Assembly (NCBI RefSeq): GCF_006345805.1
Contig: NC_043004.1
Location: 15,872,001 to 15,936,000, forward strand
Length of the DNA: 64,000 nt
Origin: Octopus sinensis
Lineage: Eukaryota
Direction: 5' to 3'
Below the pieces are notes generated by a model, which saw nothing but the letters and a program-made list of their open reading frames with translations, was not told where the DNA came from and searched no databases. Within the stretch, counting starts at the first letter, position 1. The number at the start of each line of letters is the position of its first letter. Shown here piece by piece: positions 39,493 to 52,485 of the stretch. Made by a program: the position numbers and the translations under genes.

Positions 39493-42400
39493 GTGTATAC
39501 ATAAATACATATATATATATCTGTGTATATATATATATATCAGTATATGTACATATATCTATATTTATCAGTTTGTCTCCGAATAGACGCACGTAATCAG
39601 ACATAAGTATAAATTGATATATATTCAAATACAAACATGCTCAAGTAGAAAAGTTTGGAAAATATCATATTAGAAATAAGAAAAATGCAAATTAAAAGGT
39701 GAGAACTTAAACATAATTATGATTATAATAATCATATAACATAACTGTTTCTAATTATTATAACCTAAATTATCATACTAGGTTTAATGAATAGAAATGA
39801 GAGTTCAGCTTCATTTTGGATTATTGGAAAGCACGCAAGTATTGTAATACCTGCAATGAATAATAAATTCGTTTTCGTTTGTTTATAATATAATGCGACC
39901 GACCTTTAAAATATCTAGCGCTTTCCGTGAACAAAGATAGCGTGTCTGTACATGGTCATCTGGTTAGAGAATGTCATACTTGTATGAACGATATAGTATT
40001 TTGCCTTTTAATGTCTAACGTTTTCAAGCTTGCAGTCATTTGTAAAGATCTTTTGCCAAAGGTTACTTTGGCGGACTTAATCATTCTAGTTTGAAATTTA
40101 AAATATGGCTAATTTTTTTCTCGTTTTATTTTAATTATGTGTATTTTATTTAGTCATTTATTTATAGTGTGTGTCAGTGTTCGTTTATGGTTTGGAGCAA
40201 TTTTCGTTTGTTCTCGTATTTGATGTTTTCATATGTCCGTCATCTCTTACAAAAATCAATGAGCATTTGCCTTTTGTTTTTAATTTAATACTTTTATGTC
40301 AATTGTTTGCTATTTTTGAAGATGCTGTTTCTGACCTATTTATTACGCTGCTTTGAATTTATGTCTGCAGTGTTTTATACGTTTATATTTTATTTTGATA
40401 GAATTTCAGGCTCCTACTTGTTCACTGTTTAGTATAAAAACTTGTGTATCTAATGCTTAGTTCTAGATGAGCCTATTATGCTATTCTCTGTAGCTATATT
40501 TAGTATCACCTCGGCTATTTTTATGTGTGTGTGGCCGTTCACTATTCCCATTTAAGTATATACATTTATTAGTTTAAACACAGGTGATATATATGCTGTT
40601 TGTCTTAAGATTTATGCTTAAATACTATGTATGCCAGTATTTGTATATGCATTAAGTTACTTCAAAATTTTATCAACATACTAGCACAATCAACGTAGAT
40701 ATACGTCTTGTGCTCTATAATCTAGTCGATGATTATGCTTGGGTTATTCATCTTCCCATTTGCAGATTTAGTGTGTAATCATTTTTATCACGAAATATAA
40801 AAACTGATTAATTTACACACCCGGAACACATAGCTCAGTACAAATCTCTAAGGAAAACAAATTGCTACCACAAATGCTTACAGCATTTTCTATTTACTAT
40901 GCATATTTGATATAGTGATAACACGACGAAATCCAGATACTCGCTATCTGTAAAGTTTTTCTCGATATCTCTTATCACCAACATAAACGAATCTAGCTAG
41001 GATACAAGTAGATTTGAATACTGACTTCATTAGACATGCGAAGAATGCCATCTGAGAACAAAATTAAAATACCGCAGAAGCCCGTAAAACGTAATGGTGA
41101 TAGCAAAGCAAGACACATTCTATATTACGTTGATGTATAACTGTCTTGAGCAGCTTGAGATATACAATATGAAACAAAATAGATTTCGAAAGCTTTTTTC
41201 TTAGAATTATATCCTCAGAACGACATTCCACTCTACATTTTGCTCTGACAGATCTCAAGATCAATGCACAACGCAATATTTGTTACTAGAAAAATAAAAG
41301 CAGAAAAAACAGACATACAAAAGAAACATGCCAACAGACTATGTGTACATACATGTATATTTTACCGACGGATATTTTTGAAGCAATTGACACGACTCAC
41401 TCGCAAGATGCTTCACCTTCTTGCAAAAGGAGAAAGGGAATATATTTGTCCGTGAAATGATATTCATTTACAAGTAAAAATAAAAACAAAAAAAAACAGA
41501 GGGGAAAATTAGAAGTTCGTTACTCAGACATAACACAAGCATTCCAATGATACGACAGAGGTAGTCAAGAATTGTTAAACACTGCAATTTTCTATCAGGA
41601 AGCGACCTTAATAATAATGTGATCACCTTGTTGAATTGAGGAGTGAGGGTCAAATTTTGAGATATTGATATCATTAATTACGCAGTAACGTTTACTCTTT
41701 AGTATAATGGCTGTAAACTGTTATCAAAATTTCATCACTGAACCAGTTCTCTCTGATTTTTTGTCATTCTCTATGATAGTTAAAATTATGAATATGCTGG
41801 AATTTAAGGTACATATACCCTACATACTCTATGTATATACATTTACAATCCTGTCTGAAATGATACATCAAACAGTTGATGACACATTTTCTCCTCTAAT
41901 GATATGCATAGTTTTACTGTTTAATTTGGTTGTAGACAATGTATAATTCCACAGTATAACGAAAACCTGAGGTGAAATATTTTCGTATACATGCGATTCT
42001 TTAACACCAGTGCTTTATGAGCCATAATCACAATTTAATAATTGAGCATTTGTTATAAAACGCGACTGTGTTATTCTATTAGTTTACTCGATGCTATGTA
42101 AACCGCATTTATCTCAGAAATATAGGCGACTCCGTCTTTTCATGGAGGTGTAACAACTTAAAAACTTGGAACTATGCCAGTGCCCGGCATGTATATACTT
42201 TTGGCTGAGTTTACAGTAACCACCATGAAAGTAATTGCGAATTAAGGTGCTGCGAGATGCCAAGCAACGTGCCTCACAACTACAGTGAAATCAAAATGTA
42301 GAGTTCCTGCCAAAATGAGCATCACTAATAGTCACACCAGTACCGAATGCTTTAGTGTAAACGATAAATAACATATACACTTTATTCTTCTGCCCCACAA

Positions 42401-44092
42401 TTTATTCCTAATTCTGTCGCTACCAGAATTTTATATAATTAGAGTATCTTATCCCTATGAATCTCTGTGGAGGTCCAAGCTGAATTACTATGTATTTTTC
42501 AGATTACCGAACAGAGAACTTACGAGGTGGTTCCCAGTACTGTAAATGGAGAAAACGTGATATTTCCCGCATTAAGTTCTATCGCTTTTCTTGCTGATGA
42601 CTTTGCTGCAGTGAAATGAGATATAGTGCGACTTCAGCATCAATCGGCAAAACACCTAATGAATTTTCCCCGAAAATATTTAAATGTTTTCTTGTATCTC
42701 TTGTTTCTCTGGCTTTTCTAGCTGAATATTACAGGAAGTTATTTATTGTCAAAAATTAGTGTATATTTAGAAGTTTAACTATGGTAATCGTACATTTCTC
42801 TAAATGCTTAAATATCATTTCGTGAAAACATTTAAATTTTAATTGTCTAAATCCAAAACGAACAGTTGTTAAAACTGTTCTAATATTTTGCATTATACAC
42901 GTGCGCGGAAGTACAAACACCCACACATACGAACACACACACATACATACACACAGACATACAAATATCATTCTATAAAAATAAAATTTCATTTCTTGTG
43001 ACACAGGCCAACTATCGAGGTTCCAAGCTATTTTCTAATTCCAGTCATAGTAGATGCATCACCCCGACACTTTACGCCAGCGTCACACAGAACGGGGAAA
43101 GATAGGATGACATGATCACGAAGCTGTATTCTCACCAACAAATTAGCATGATCTGTAGAATTATTTAACAACGACTCACAAATATACAAGAGAATTCAGG
43201 TCAAGCTGCTATGCTGCAATCAGGAAGCAATGCAGTTGAAACTAATATTAAAAATATGCTCACTTGTCAGTCAGACCATTAATAAGTTTGGAGTTTAAGC
43301 CAGAATAAGCGTTTTTTTCTTCCCTTTCAAAGTATACTGTGTAATGCATTAGCATATTTATCATTGATAATAAATGAGTCACTAACAGATTCTGTACCAA
43401 TAATTGACAGTGCCAACAACAGTTTAATGGATGAATGTTGTCAAGCATTGGTAATTAACTGCCGAGGAGGAAATTGTTGTTCTTACAGTTTAACCCCATA
43501 TCCACAGAAGTATGATCAAAAGCATTAAAGCTGTGATCATGGTATTATTATTATTTCTTTGTGTACCAACGCCTTATTAAATAAATTCCTTCTTTTTAAA
43601 ATTGTAGGCTGCAGTTTATAGAGTATTAAAAACCTAACATGAAATAATTACGTAGTGCAATAAACCAAAAGAAGTACAAAAGTTGATGACTAATACGCGA
43701 TAAAAGTTTATACAAATACTTAATATAACCGTGGATAAGGTGAGTCTTTTTAAAAGCTTTAATTAATATTTAATCAATACATACATCTGTATTGAATATT
43801 AAAAAAATCGATATCTCCATTATAAGGTTGGTGTGATAAACACAATGTAGATGTAGGCACGACAGTGTTTTTAAAGAACTTCTGTTTGTCAACAAGTTGT
43901 TCATTGGTCGAGCCAGTAACACGAGCCCTTTACATTCTACTACAGTTCTGAGTTGATCAAAGTCTCTTCTTTTAAAGTGGATGCTAGGGGACGAGTACGT
44001 TTGTGAGAACGTTTTTTATGAATGTATGCATGTGTATATATATTACGTAAATATGTATATTCATTTATATATTTCAGCCATGAGGCTGTGAC

Positions 44093-44321
44093 TAAGGCGG
44101 CGAGCTGGCAGACACGTCAACGCGCCGGGCGAAATGCTTAGTGGTATTTCGTCTGTCGTTACGTTCTGAGTTCAAATTCCGCCGAGGTCAACTTTGCCTT
44201 TCATCCTTTCGGGGTCGATAAATAAAGTACCAATTTCGTACTGGGGTCGATGTAATCGACTTAATCCCTTTGTCCTTCTTTGTCCCCTCTATGTTTAGCC
44301 CTTTGTGGGCAGTAAAGAAAT
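44093..44321 (+). mobile_element. Full-length OK-like tRNA-derived SINE monomer
   Basis: taaggcggcgagctggcaga...gaaatgcttagtggtatttcgtc...gagttcaaattcc (B-box-like)...ggggtcgataaa...ggggtcgatgtaatcgactta...tttgtcccctctatgtttagcc. Confidence 0.92.
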
Positions 44322-45682
44322 GTATGCTGGGGCACATAAACCAAAGTGCATACACATTTGCACAAGCCACAAAATTTCCGCAAGACCACAGATAGATGAA
44401 TAACTAGCTTATTTTCCTATATCTATATATATGTATATATGCAAATACAAGTATATATAGTCAAATGTCCAGACTAGGACGGACAGGGCTATTCACAACT
44501 AACATATAACTTTATTAATTAGAGAATACGTGTGTACTTTGTATCGGCTTATGAGTGTACCTAATGTATACCTTCATGGACAAATGTATATGTGTTTCGT
44601 TCGAATTAATGGATACTTATTTTGCAATGAAAAAACGAAATTACGTAAATTTTTAATAATCAAACAGGTATTGCAATCAGTAATATCACAAGAAATTACA
44701 CTTTATATAAATGAAATCAATTACTAATTTTTATATACATTACTAGTACCCTGTGTATTAATTTGAAATAATTTAAACGAAGCTACTTAATATAAATTAC
44801 CTATTAATGCAGGAAAAGTATATGTATAACTAATGAAAATAATGTTGGTAAATTTAGAAATGATTCAGTTATCAAATATGAGTATAAGACATAATATTTT
44901 TTACTTTCTAACTTTGATACGTTCAAAATTACTGTGTGGCTGCATAGAATTGTACTAAATATTCCATTTAGAATTTGCTGATTACCATATCAACTAAAAC
45001 AAAATTAATCGTGTACGTAAAAAAGTTTACGGAAAAAATATTTTGCTTTTACCTTCTCTGCTGTTTCACTTAATTGAGGAATATTTAGATCGTCTTAGTT
45101 GTTAGGCTGAACTGAGAATATATTCGCTAAAAGCTCTGGTTTTAGAATCTATCTATATTTTTATTAAAACTCATAAAACTTTTTCATTGCGATGCTTATT
45201 AGTATAGTTTAAATTGTATACATTAACTGGCGAAGGAATACACGAAGAAGGAGCACTGAATCAAACCGAAAATGCTTTATCACGCTTATGCTTAATATCT
45301 TGTTTGCAGGAGTTTTCCTAAAGAGATGCAGAGTAACGTGGGTTTAAAACAAATAATTTTCTTCTTAAGAGAAGGTTGGTCGTATCGAATTCAACCTTGC
45401 TAAACTGAAAATAAATAATTTTCGATATAAATACGATACTAATTATGTGACTGAGTCATCCATTCCAACGAGGGCCCTTACCGTTCAACACTGAACAATA
45501 TTTGAGACACACGTTTGAATTCTTAAAATTATTATTACTACTACATAGGCATTAATTCCTTAAAATTAATATATCGTTCGAATTGAAGCAAAAGAAATTA
45601 ACTAAGCCACTGAAATTGAATACTAACATGGAACCTCATCGCATGTCCTCTGCAGCCCCAACTGTTGACACATTAAGGTATT

Positions 45683-45781
<99 letters not shown>

Positions 45782-45901
45782 CATATAGATAGATATGTAT
45801 ATGTATATATATATGTACATATATACATTCATATACACATATACACATATTCATATATATATACATATATATATGTGTGTGTGTGTGCATGTATGTATGT
45901 T

Positions 45902-45933
<32 letters not shown>

Positions 45934-48869
45934 TGTATACACATATATATATACATATGTATATATACCCGCACGCATACATCTATAAGTATGTACGTAG
46001 TATGTATGTATATATGTATGTATGTGTGTGTGTTATGTGCCTGTGTGTGCTTATGTTTTTAACACAATCCTGTTGACACGAATGTGAAAATCATCTCAGT
46101 TTTTGATTTTGCTTGAGTCTCGACGAAAAATTACCTCTCTATATTATTCTCTATAAATATACATTCAGTAGAATTCTAAGTGACTCCAAAGGACCACCAG
46201 ATGCAGACCCCTGCTGGTATGTCACTTTCTCTGTTATAGACTGTGATCAAGTTATTGGTATAAAATGCAGCCACTCCTATACGGAAATATATATAGAACA
46301 GTTGCATCCTCCTTGGGTACGCCAAGCTGGAATATATTTAATACATCCACACGTTACCGGAAACACTTAATATATTAGACATTGTGTGGACAACAAAATA
46401 AATCATCGCTTAATCACAATTACGTTTGGAGATCTGTTTTCTGTGTGTTTGATTTTTTTTAATGTAATATATATTGGAGTTTTGATTTCATTTTATTTTA
46501 CCTTTATACTTATTCACTGCTTTTATGAAAATATTTTCGGTTAGCTGTTATATATATCTCACTACTTCTATACAAAGATTATATTAATACTCATTTAGAA
46601 TTTAAGTCAATAACTATGTTAAATCGAATCGTAGCCATATCTATACTTTCACTCAATCCCCAATAATATTTTTACCATATTAAAAATTCATGAGTTCGCG
46701 AAAATTGTGTTATATGTAATACATTGTGTACCAGACGTGTTTTTACTGACAGAAATCTTATCGCGTCACTTACATTGCAAATCGGATGAAAGTTTTCTCT
46801 CCCCCCACCAAAGAACTGTAAATCCTTTAACTAAAGCAACAATCTCATAATCAGTCTCTGCATTCAAAATTATTTGGGGGATATTAAAGTAATAGCATAA
46901 TTGGATTTTTTAAATACTCTGAATTTCTAAGTGTGCTAAAGGTACATGTAATGGCAAATGACACAAAATAACATTCTTTATAAGCTTAGACTTGCAGTGA
47001 AAATGAATATGACAGCGATTGTAATAATAAAAGAAAATATATCATACTCGACAACTGTCGCTCGATGGTACAATTCGCAATTTTTTTTACGGTTAATTGT
47101 ATCACATCATATTTGTTTCCTTTCCAAACTTTACCAAAGCACTAGGGACAAACGTGCACACAAAGGGTTTCATTTATTTATGGCCTCGAAGAATCCTACA
47201 AATGCTTTACGGACATCAACATTGCATAATTCATGGAAAGAACAGTAAAAAAATTGTGAGACCCTACTTGTGTAATATCATTTAGTAGATGAATAATTTC
47301 CGCTAATTATGTAATAGAATCAGGGTTGCATTATGAAAATGCAAATACCGTATCCTGCACTGCACATACACATACGCTCACACACGCACGCGCACGTGTG
47401 TGTGTACACATCTATATACATATATATTTGTACACACACATGCGCACATGCACACACATATATAGATAGATAGAAATACTGGTGCGTGGGTATAATTTCA
47501 ATTACCTATTTATCTGTATGAACATATGTGTTTTGCCTATTTACCTGCATTAATAACTAATGTATATATGTGTGTTTATGCATCGTTATATGGCAAGAGA
47601 GATAGTTAAATACCTACAAGTCACTTTTTTTCGAAAGACGTAATGCTCCATTATCTGAACTAAAACACGAATGCAACAATAACCTTTTAATAATTTACCT
47701 TCAGATTGGCTTAATATAACTTAATACCTGAAAATAGTTTCATATAACTTACTTGTTAAGCGAGCAAAAATATATATAAGAAAATTTAAAGAAAAAGTAA
47801 AAAGTGGAAAGCCTACAAGTTTTTCAGGCATAACAGCTTGAGACATGATTTGATTTTTCTATTATTAAATTTGTCACGTTCATTTCCATTGTATAAAACT
47901 CCGTAGAATGGAATTAACTCGTCTATTCGAATTTGATGAGCATGATATGCACTAAATCTAATATATTCAGGTACTTCAGAAAGTTTATTGAAACAAAGCA
48001 ATTCTTCTTTGTCCTTTTCTGTTGCTTCATGTAGATATTAAAATTATTCTGATTGTACTAAGGCAGAATTTACAATGCACTCTCTAAAAATTCCTTATTT
48101 AAAACATATCTATACTTTAATTAAAACTCATAGAATTGTTCGATTATGTAAATTATATACATAATGTAAATTATATACATCATACGGCGAAATATAAATA
48201 TGCATACAGAAAGCGTTATTAAGTTTAATATACGGGGAAATATAGAAGCATATGCATACATGCAATGCTTTAAACGTGCCAGTAACCTCCTGAATAAACA
48301 ATGAGTAATCACTTTGTATTTCGATGTGCTAACCGAAAAAACAAAATGTAGAGAGTTGACGTAGCACGAACCCTAAATAAATGACAGGAAGGCACTCATC
48401 TCAGCTTTACTTCCAGTCAAACAGTGAAGAAAATCGAGCTAGGCAATACACAGTATGGTTCCCACAATCACGATATAAATAAAAGTACTCCAAACACAAT
48501 GGATCGGCTAAATTTTTCGCTTCAGTGTTTGCGCTGAGAATCTATTTTTATTTGAAGTGTTATGTTAAAGTGTTAAGTGAAATTTGGCAATCGAGGATCG
48601 AACCCATGCTTTTCCTGTTTGAAGTCACTACAAATACGTTGTGGAATAAAATAATCTACTGTCATGGAAAGCGTGTAACTGTAAAATGCAGAATTATCGT
48701 ACTAATGGTTGTTCAAAATATATGTATGTATAGAAATATATGAATGAAGTCTTTAAATTAAGGAAGTGCAATAATATTGTTTAGCAGTTCAAAACTGTGA
48801 GGAGTGAAATGCAGAATTAGGTCGGCTGATCGTGAGAATCAAATATTGATCGCTTCGTTGAAAACTGCA

Positions 48870-49370
48870 GGTGGTATGGGTTATTAACCTTGGGTTTTTG
48901 TAAATAAAATAGTAATATATAGTAGATACAAGGATCCAGTGGAGGGCACCTATTATCGATTTTTTAAACAATCTAAGTGTATCACGAAGTCTCCAGACAT
49001 GAGTTCTACTCACGTGTCAAATAAAGTATAAGAGTGATATTGTCTGCAAAAATTAGAAATAGGACACACAAAAAAAAATCAATTTTCGAAGTAATCGAAC
49101 ACAAACAACGAAATGGTTTATTTCCCTTGAGTGTTTAAAAATATTGTGCAGGTGCTATGGGTTATTTCCCTTGGGTGTTTCAAGAAAATTAGTTATAAGA
49201 TGTAAATAAAAAGGCCCCTTCCAGGGGCCGTATTATCGATTTTTTAACAATCTAAGTATGTCAGGAGGTTTCTAGCCATGAGTTCTACACACGCATCAAG
49301 TTTCATCAAAATCAATAAAACGATGTAGGAGGAGTTAGCTAACAATACCACAAACAATTTTCCACATATG
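48870..49370. mobile_element. Degenerate repeat with internal duplication, possibly Helitron/Helentron-derived
   Basis: 48873-49020 and 49155-49300 share tatgggttatt..cttggg and tattatcgattttt(t)aacaatctaagt...catgagttctac.cacg. GC hairpin ggcccct-tcc-aggggcc at ~49213-49229; tail caagtttcatcaaaatc. Confidence 0.4.
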
Positions 49371-49400
49371 TAGTATATATATGAATATATATATATATAT

Positions 49401-49459
<59 letters not shown>

Positions 49460-49689
49460 ATATATATATATATATATAATATATATATATATATATAATA
49501 TATATATATATTGTTGCTAATCCAAACAACAGGAGGAATAGAAGTAATGGAGTTAAAAATGCACAGAGGATATATTAAAATGAATTAGAAATGAAATGTA
49601 TTTTCTCATACAATTTACTGGTTTCACATTAGATTTTTAAAAGTGTAGATATTCTACAATCATTAATTCATAGGGAATCGGAATCGTGT

Positions 49690-50230
49690 ATTACTAATGT
49701 TTGTTATTGTCTGTTCAGCAGTGGCTTGTATTTCTTCATAAACAATCTCATTTTAATCACTTTTGTTTGGATTCGAATATTGTATACACATTGATAGTGT
49801 GAGAAGACGAGAAATCTGGGAAAATTTGTTTTCGTGCATATTTCAAGATGTTTACTAAATGAAATTTGCCAAGGTTTTGGATTATGTATTTGTTGTCGAT
49901 GAATATTTAATCTCATTCTTAAACTGAGTTTAGTTTGTCCAATGTAGTCTTCTCTATATCCATTACATTTGATGGTATATACTACACTTCGGACAATTTA
50001 ATCCAACAAAAAGTGAAGCCACTCATGTCAGAGTATGGTGCGAATTTTCTTGTAATGATCCAGGCAATTTTGAATGGATTTTTTTCTCTTTTAATCCCCA
50101 CATTTTTTTCTGCCTTAACACGATTCCTAAGGGGATTAATCGTGGTAAGGCTAGTATTACGTCACTTTCAGAAAAAGTGTAGAAATTGAAAGATGAAACA
50201 TTTCAATTCAATATTGTCTGGAACATTCTA
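49690..50230 (-). pseudogene. Second Penelope-like GIY-YIG endonuclease fragment
   Basis: Minus strand reads VVYTIKCNGYREDYIGQTKLSLRMRLNIHRQQIHNP...QISFSKHLEICTK..FPRF.VFSHYQC...FMKKYKPLLN, with TTINP of the linker upstream. Confidence 0.85.
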
Positions 50231-50595
50231 AGGATAGCATCACCACACTTGAATAAAAAGTATGGGTGCACTCTGTGTTGCGCTGATCGTACGAAATCGA
50301 TGAATATCCAGTTAATATTCTCAACAAGTCTAAAGAGCTACAATTACCATGCTTCCATAATACTAAACTTATATTCGCCTGTATTAAGCCCTTTGTGAAT
50401 GTGCTTCCTAACCATACTTATACCTTCTAATGCATTTGTGCATATTATCTGAAGTTATTAGTATCATCTGCGAAATTTGTTGCCCCATGTTTTATACTTG
50501 CTGGTTACACCTCCAACTAATAAATGGTAAGATATTCGATAATCTGACGTAGGTACGATTCTATTTTGTAAAATCTATTATCTGTGATCTTGCTA

Positions 50596-50596
<1 letters not shown>

Positions 50597-50672
<76 letters not shown>

Positions 50673-50683
50673 CATTATTATTA

Positions 50684-50736
<53 letters not shown>
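50597..50736. repeat. (ATT)n microsatellite
   Basis: Read directly from the sequence. Confidence 0.98.
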
Positions 50737-51013
50737 TATCTTGTTTATTCTGATGTCGCTGGTGGCTACATTTGGTTCTGTTATTTCATTTTTTTTACAT
50801 TATAGTCATACCTGCATATTATGGAATACTATAATGATTAAGTCGTGCAGATATAATTTACAGTGAATGCATGTGTGCTTACTTACATATGAATGTGCGT
50901 GAAAATATTCGAAGTTGTGTTTGTATGGGTATATGCACATATATGGGTATATGTGCGTACATTTATTTTTATCCGCATGCACACTCGCACCCCGCCACAC
51001 ACACACACGCACA

Positions 51014-51099
<86 letters not shown>

Positions 51100-51919
51100 G
51101 TGCGCGTGTATGTGTGTACACACGAATCTGTGTTAATATGTGCTTGGCTGTATATATGCACAGATAAGTTAAACATAGGCATAGATGTATATCCTGAACA
51201 CGGACATGTCTGATTGTTTACAAATAGAACTAAAGTTTAGAAATATACATATGTATAAATGTGTGTGAGTGTGAGTGCAAATATACGTATGTGAATGTAT
51301 GTACGTGTATATGAGAGTATGTATGTGTATGTGTATATTTTTTCTATATATATGTATACATATATGTGGTGTTTATAAAAGTGTTCATATTTGTGTATGT
51401 ATATAGGTGTGTGTATGTTTTATGAATGCACATATATAATATTAAATCTACGTGTGTGCTCTAATATCTGATATGCAGTGACAGGTTTTATCAACCAAAC
51501 GCTTTATTTGGTGTCTCAACTTTAATACTTTCTTCAGTAGTTTTCTTTTCTTTTTTCTTTATCTTTTTATTTATTATAATTTATAAGCCCATGCATTTTC
51601 GCAATTCATCAACCGGGTCTATAAGCAAATTAAAATTCAGCCTGATGCATAAGCGAGGTTTGAATTATTTCCCATTGTATCTTAACCGCTTCTACTACAA
51701 ACTCTTTTGTACTACTCAAAAGCGAGTTAGGTCATATTTGTGCCTTATTTTTTCTTTAAAATTTACCTGATGATAACGGCTTTTTGCCTTGACAGAATCT
51801 ATGAATGCTTCAAATAAAAACTGCCGGAGAAACTGCTGTAAATATTGAACTCCAGTTCTGTTCGTTTTTGTGAAGTTATATTTGTACATACACAAATATT
51901 TACACATCTGAATACACAC

Positions 51920-52029
<110 letters not shown>

Positions 52030-52406
52030 AACAATAACACCAGGATTCTAGTGAAATTTCACGTATGTATATACATATGTGTGTGTGTGTGTGTGTGTAC
52101 AAATTTTATGCAGGTTTCCTGTATTATAACAGAAGGTCAATATCGGTCGAATGTGCTTAACGTTCCAAGAAAAGTAGTGTCAAATCTGAAAGTAATATCA
52201 AGTAATGTTATTTCGGACATGGAATCTAAAAACGAAGACCTTATTAGTTAAATGAGTTTAATAAATATATTGTAAAATTCTTTACTAATACAATTATACT
52301 AACGTTTTTATTATATTCCCATAGGAAAAGTGTGGAAATATTTCTTAAAATATATCCTTCTTATAATAAATTCGTTGTTTTGTTTTCTGATCACTCTTTC
52401 AAATCA

Positions 52407-52485
<79 letters not shown>

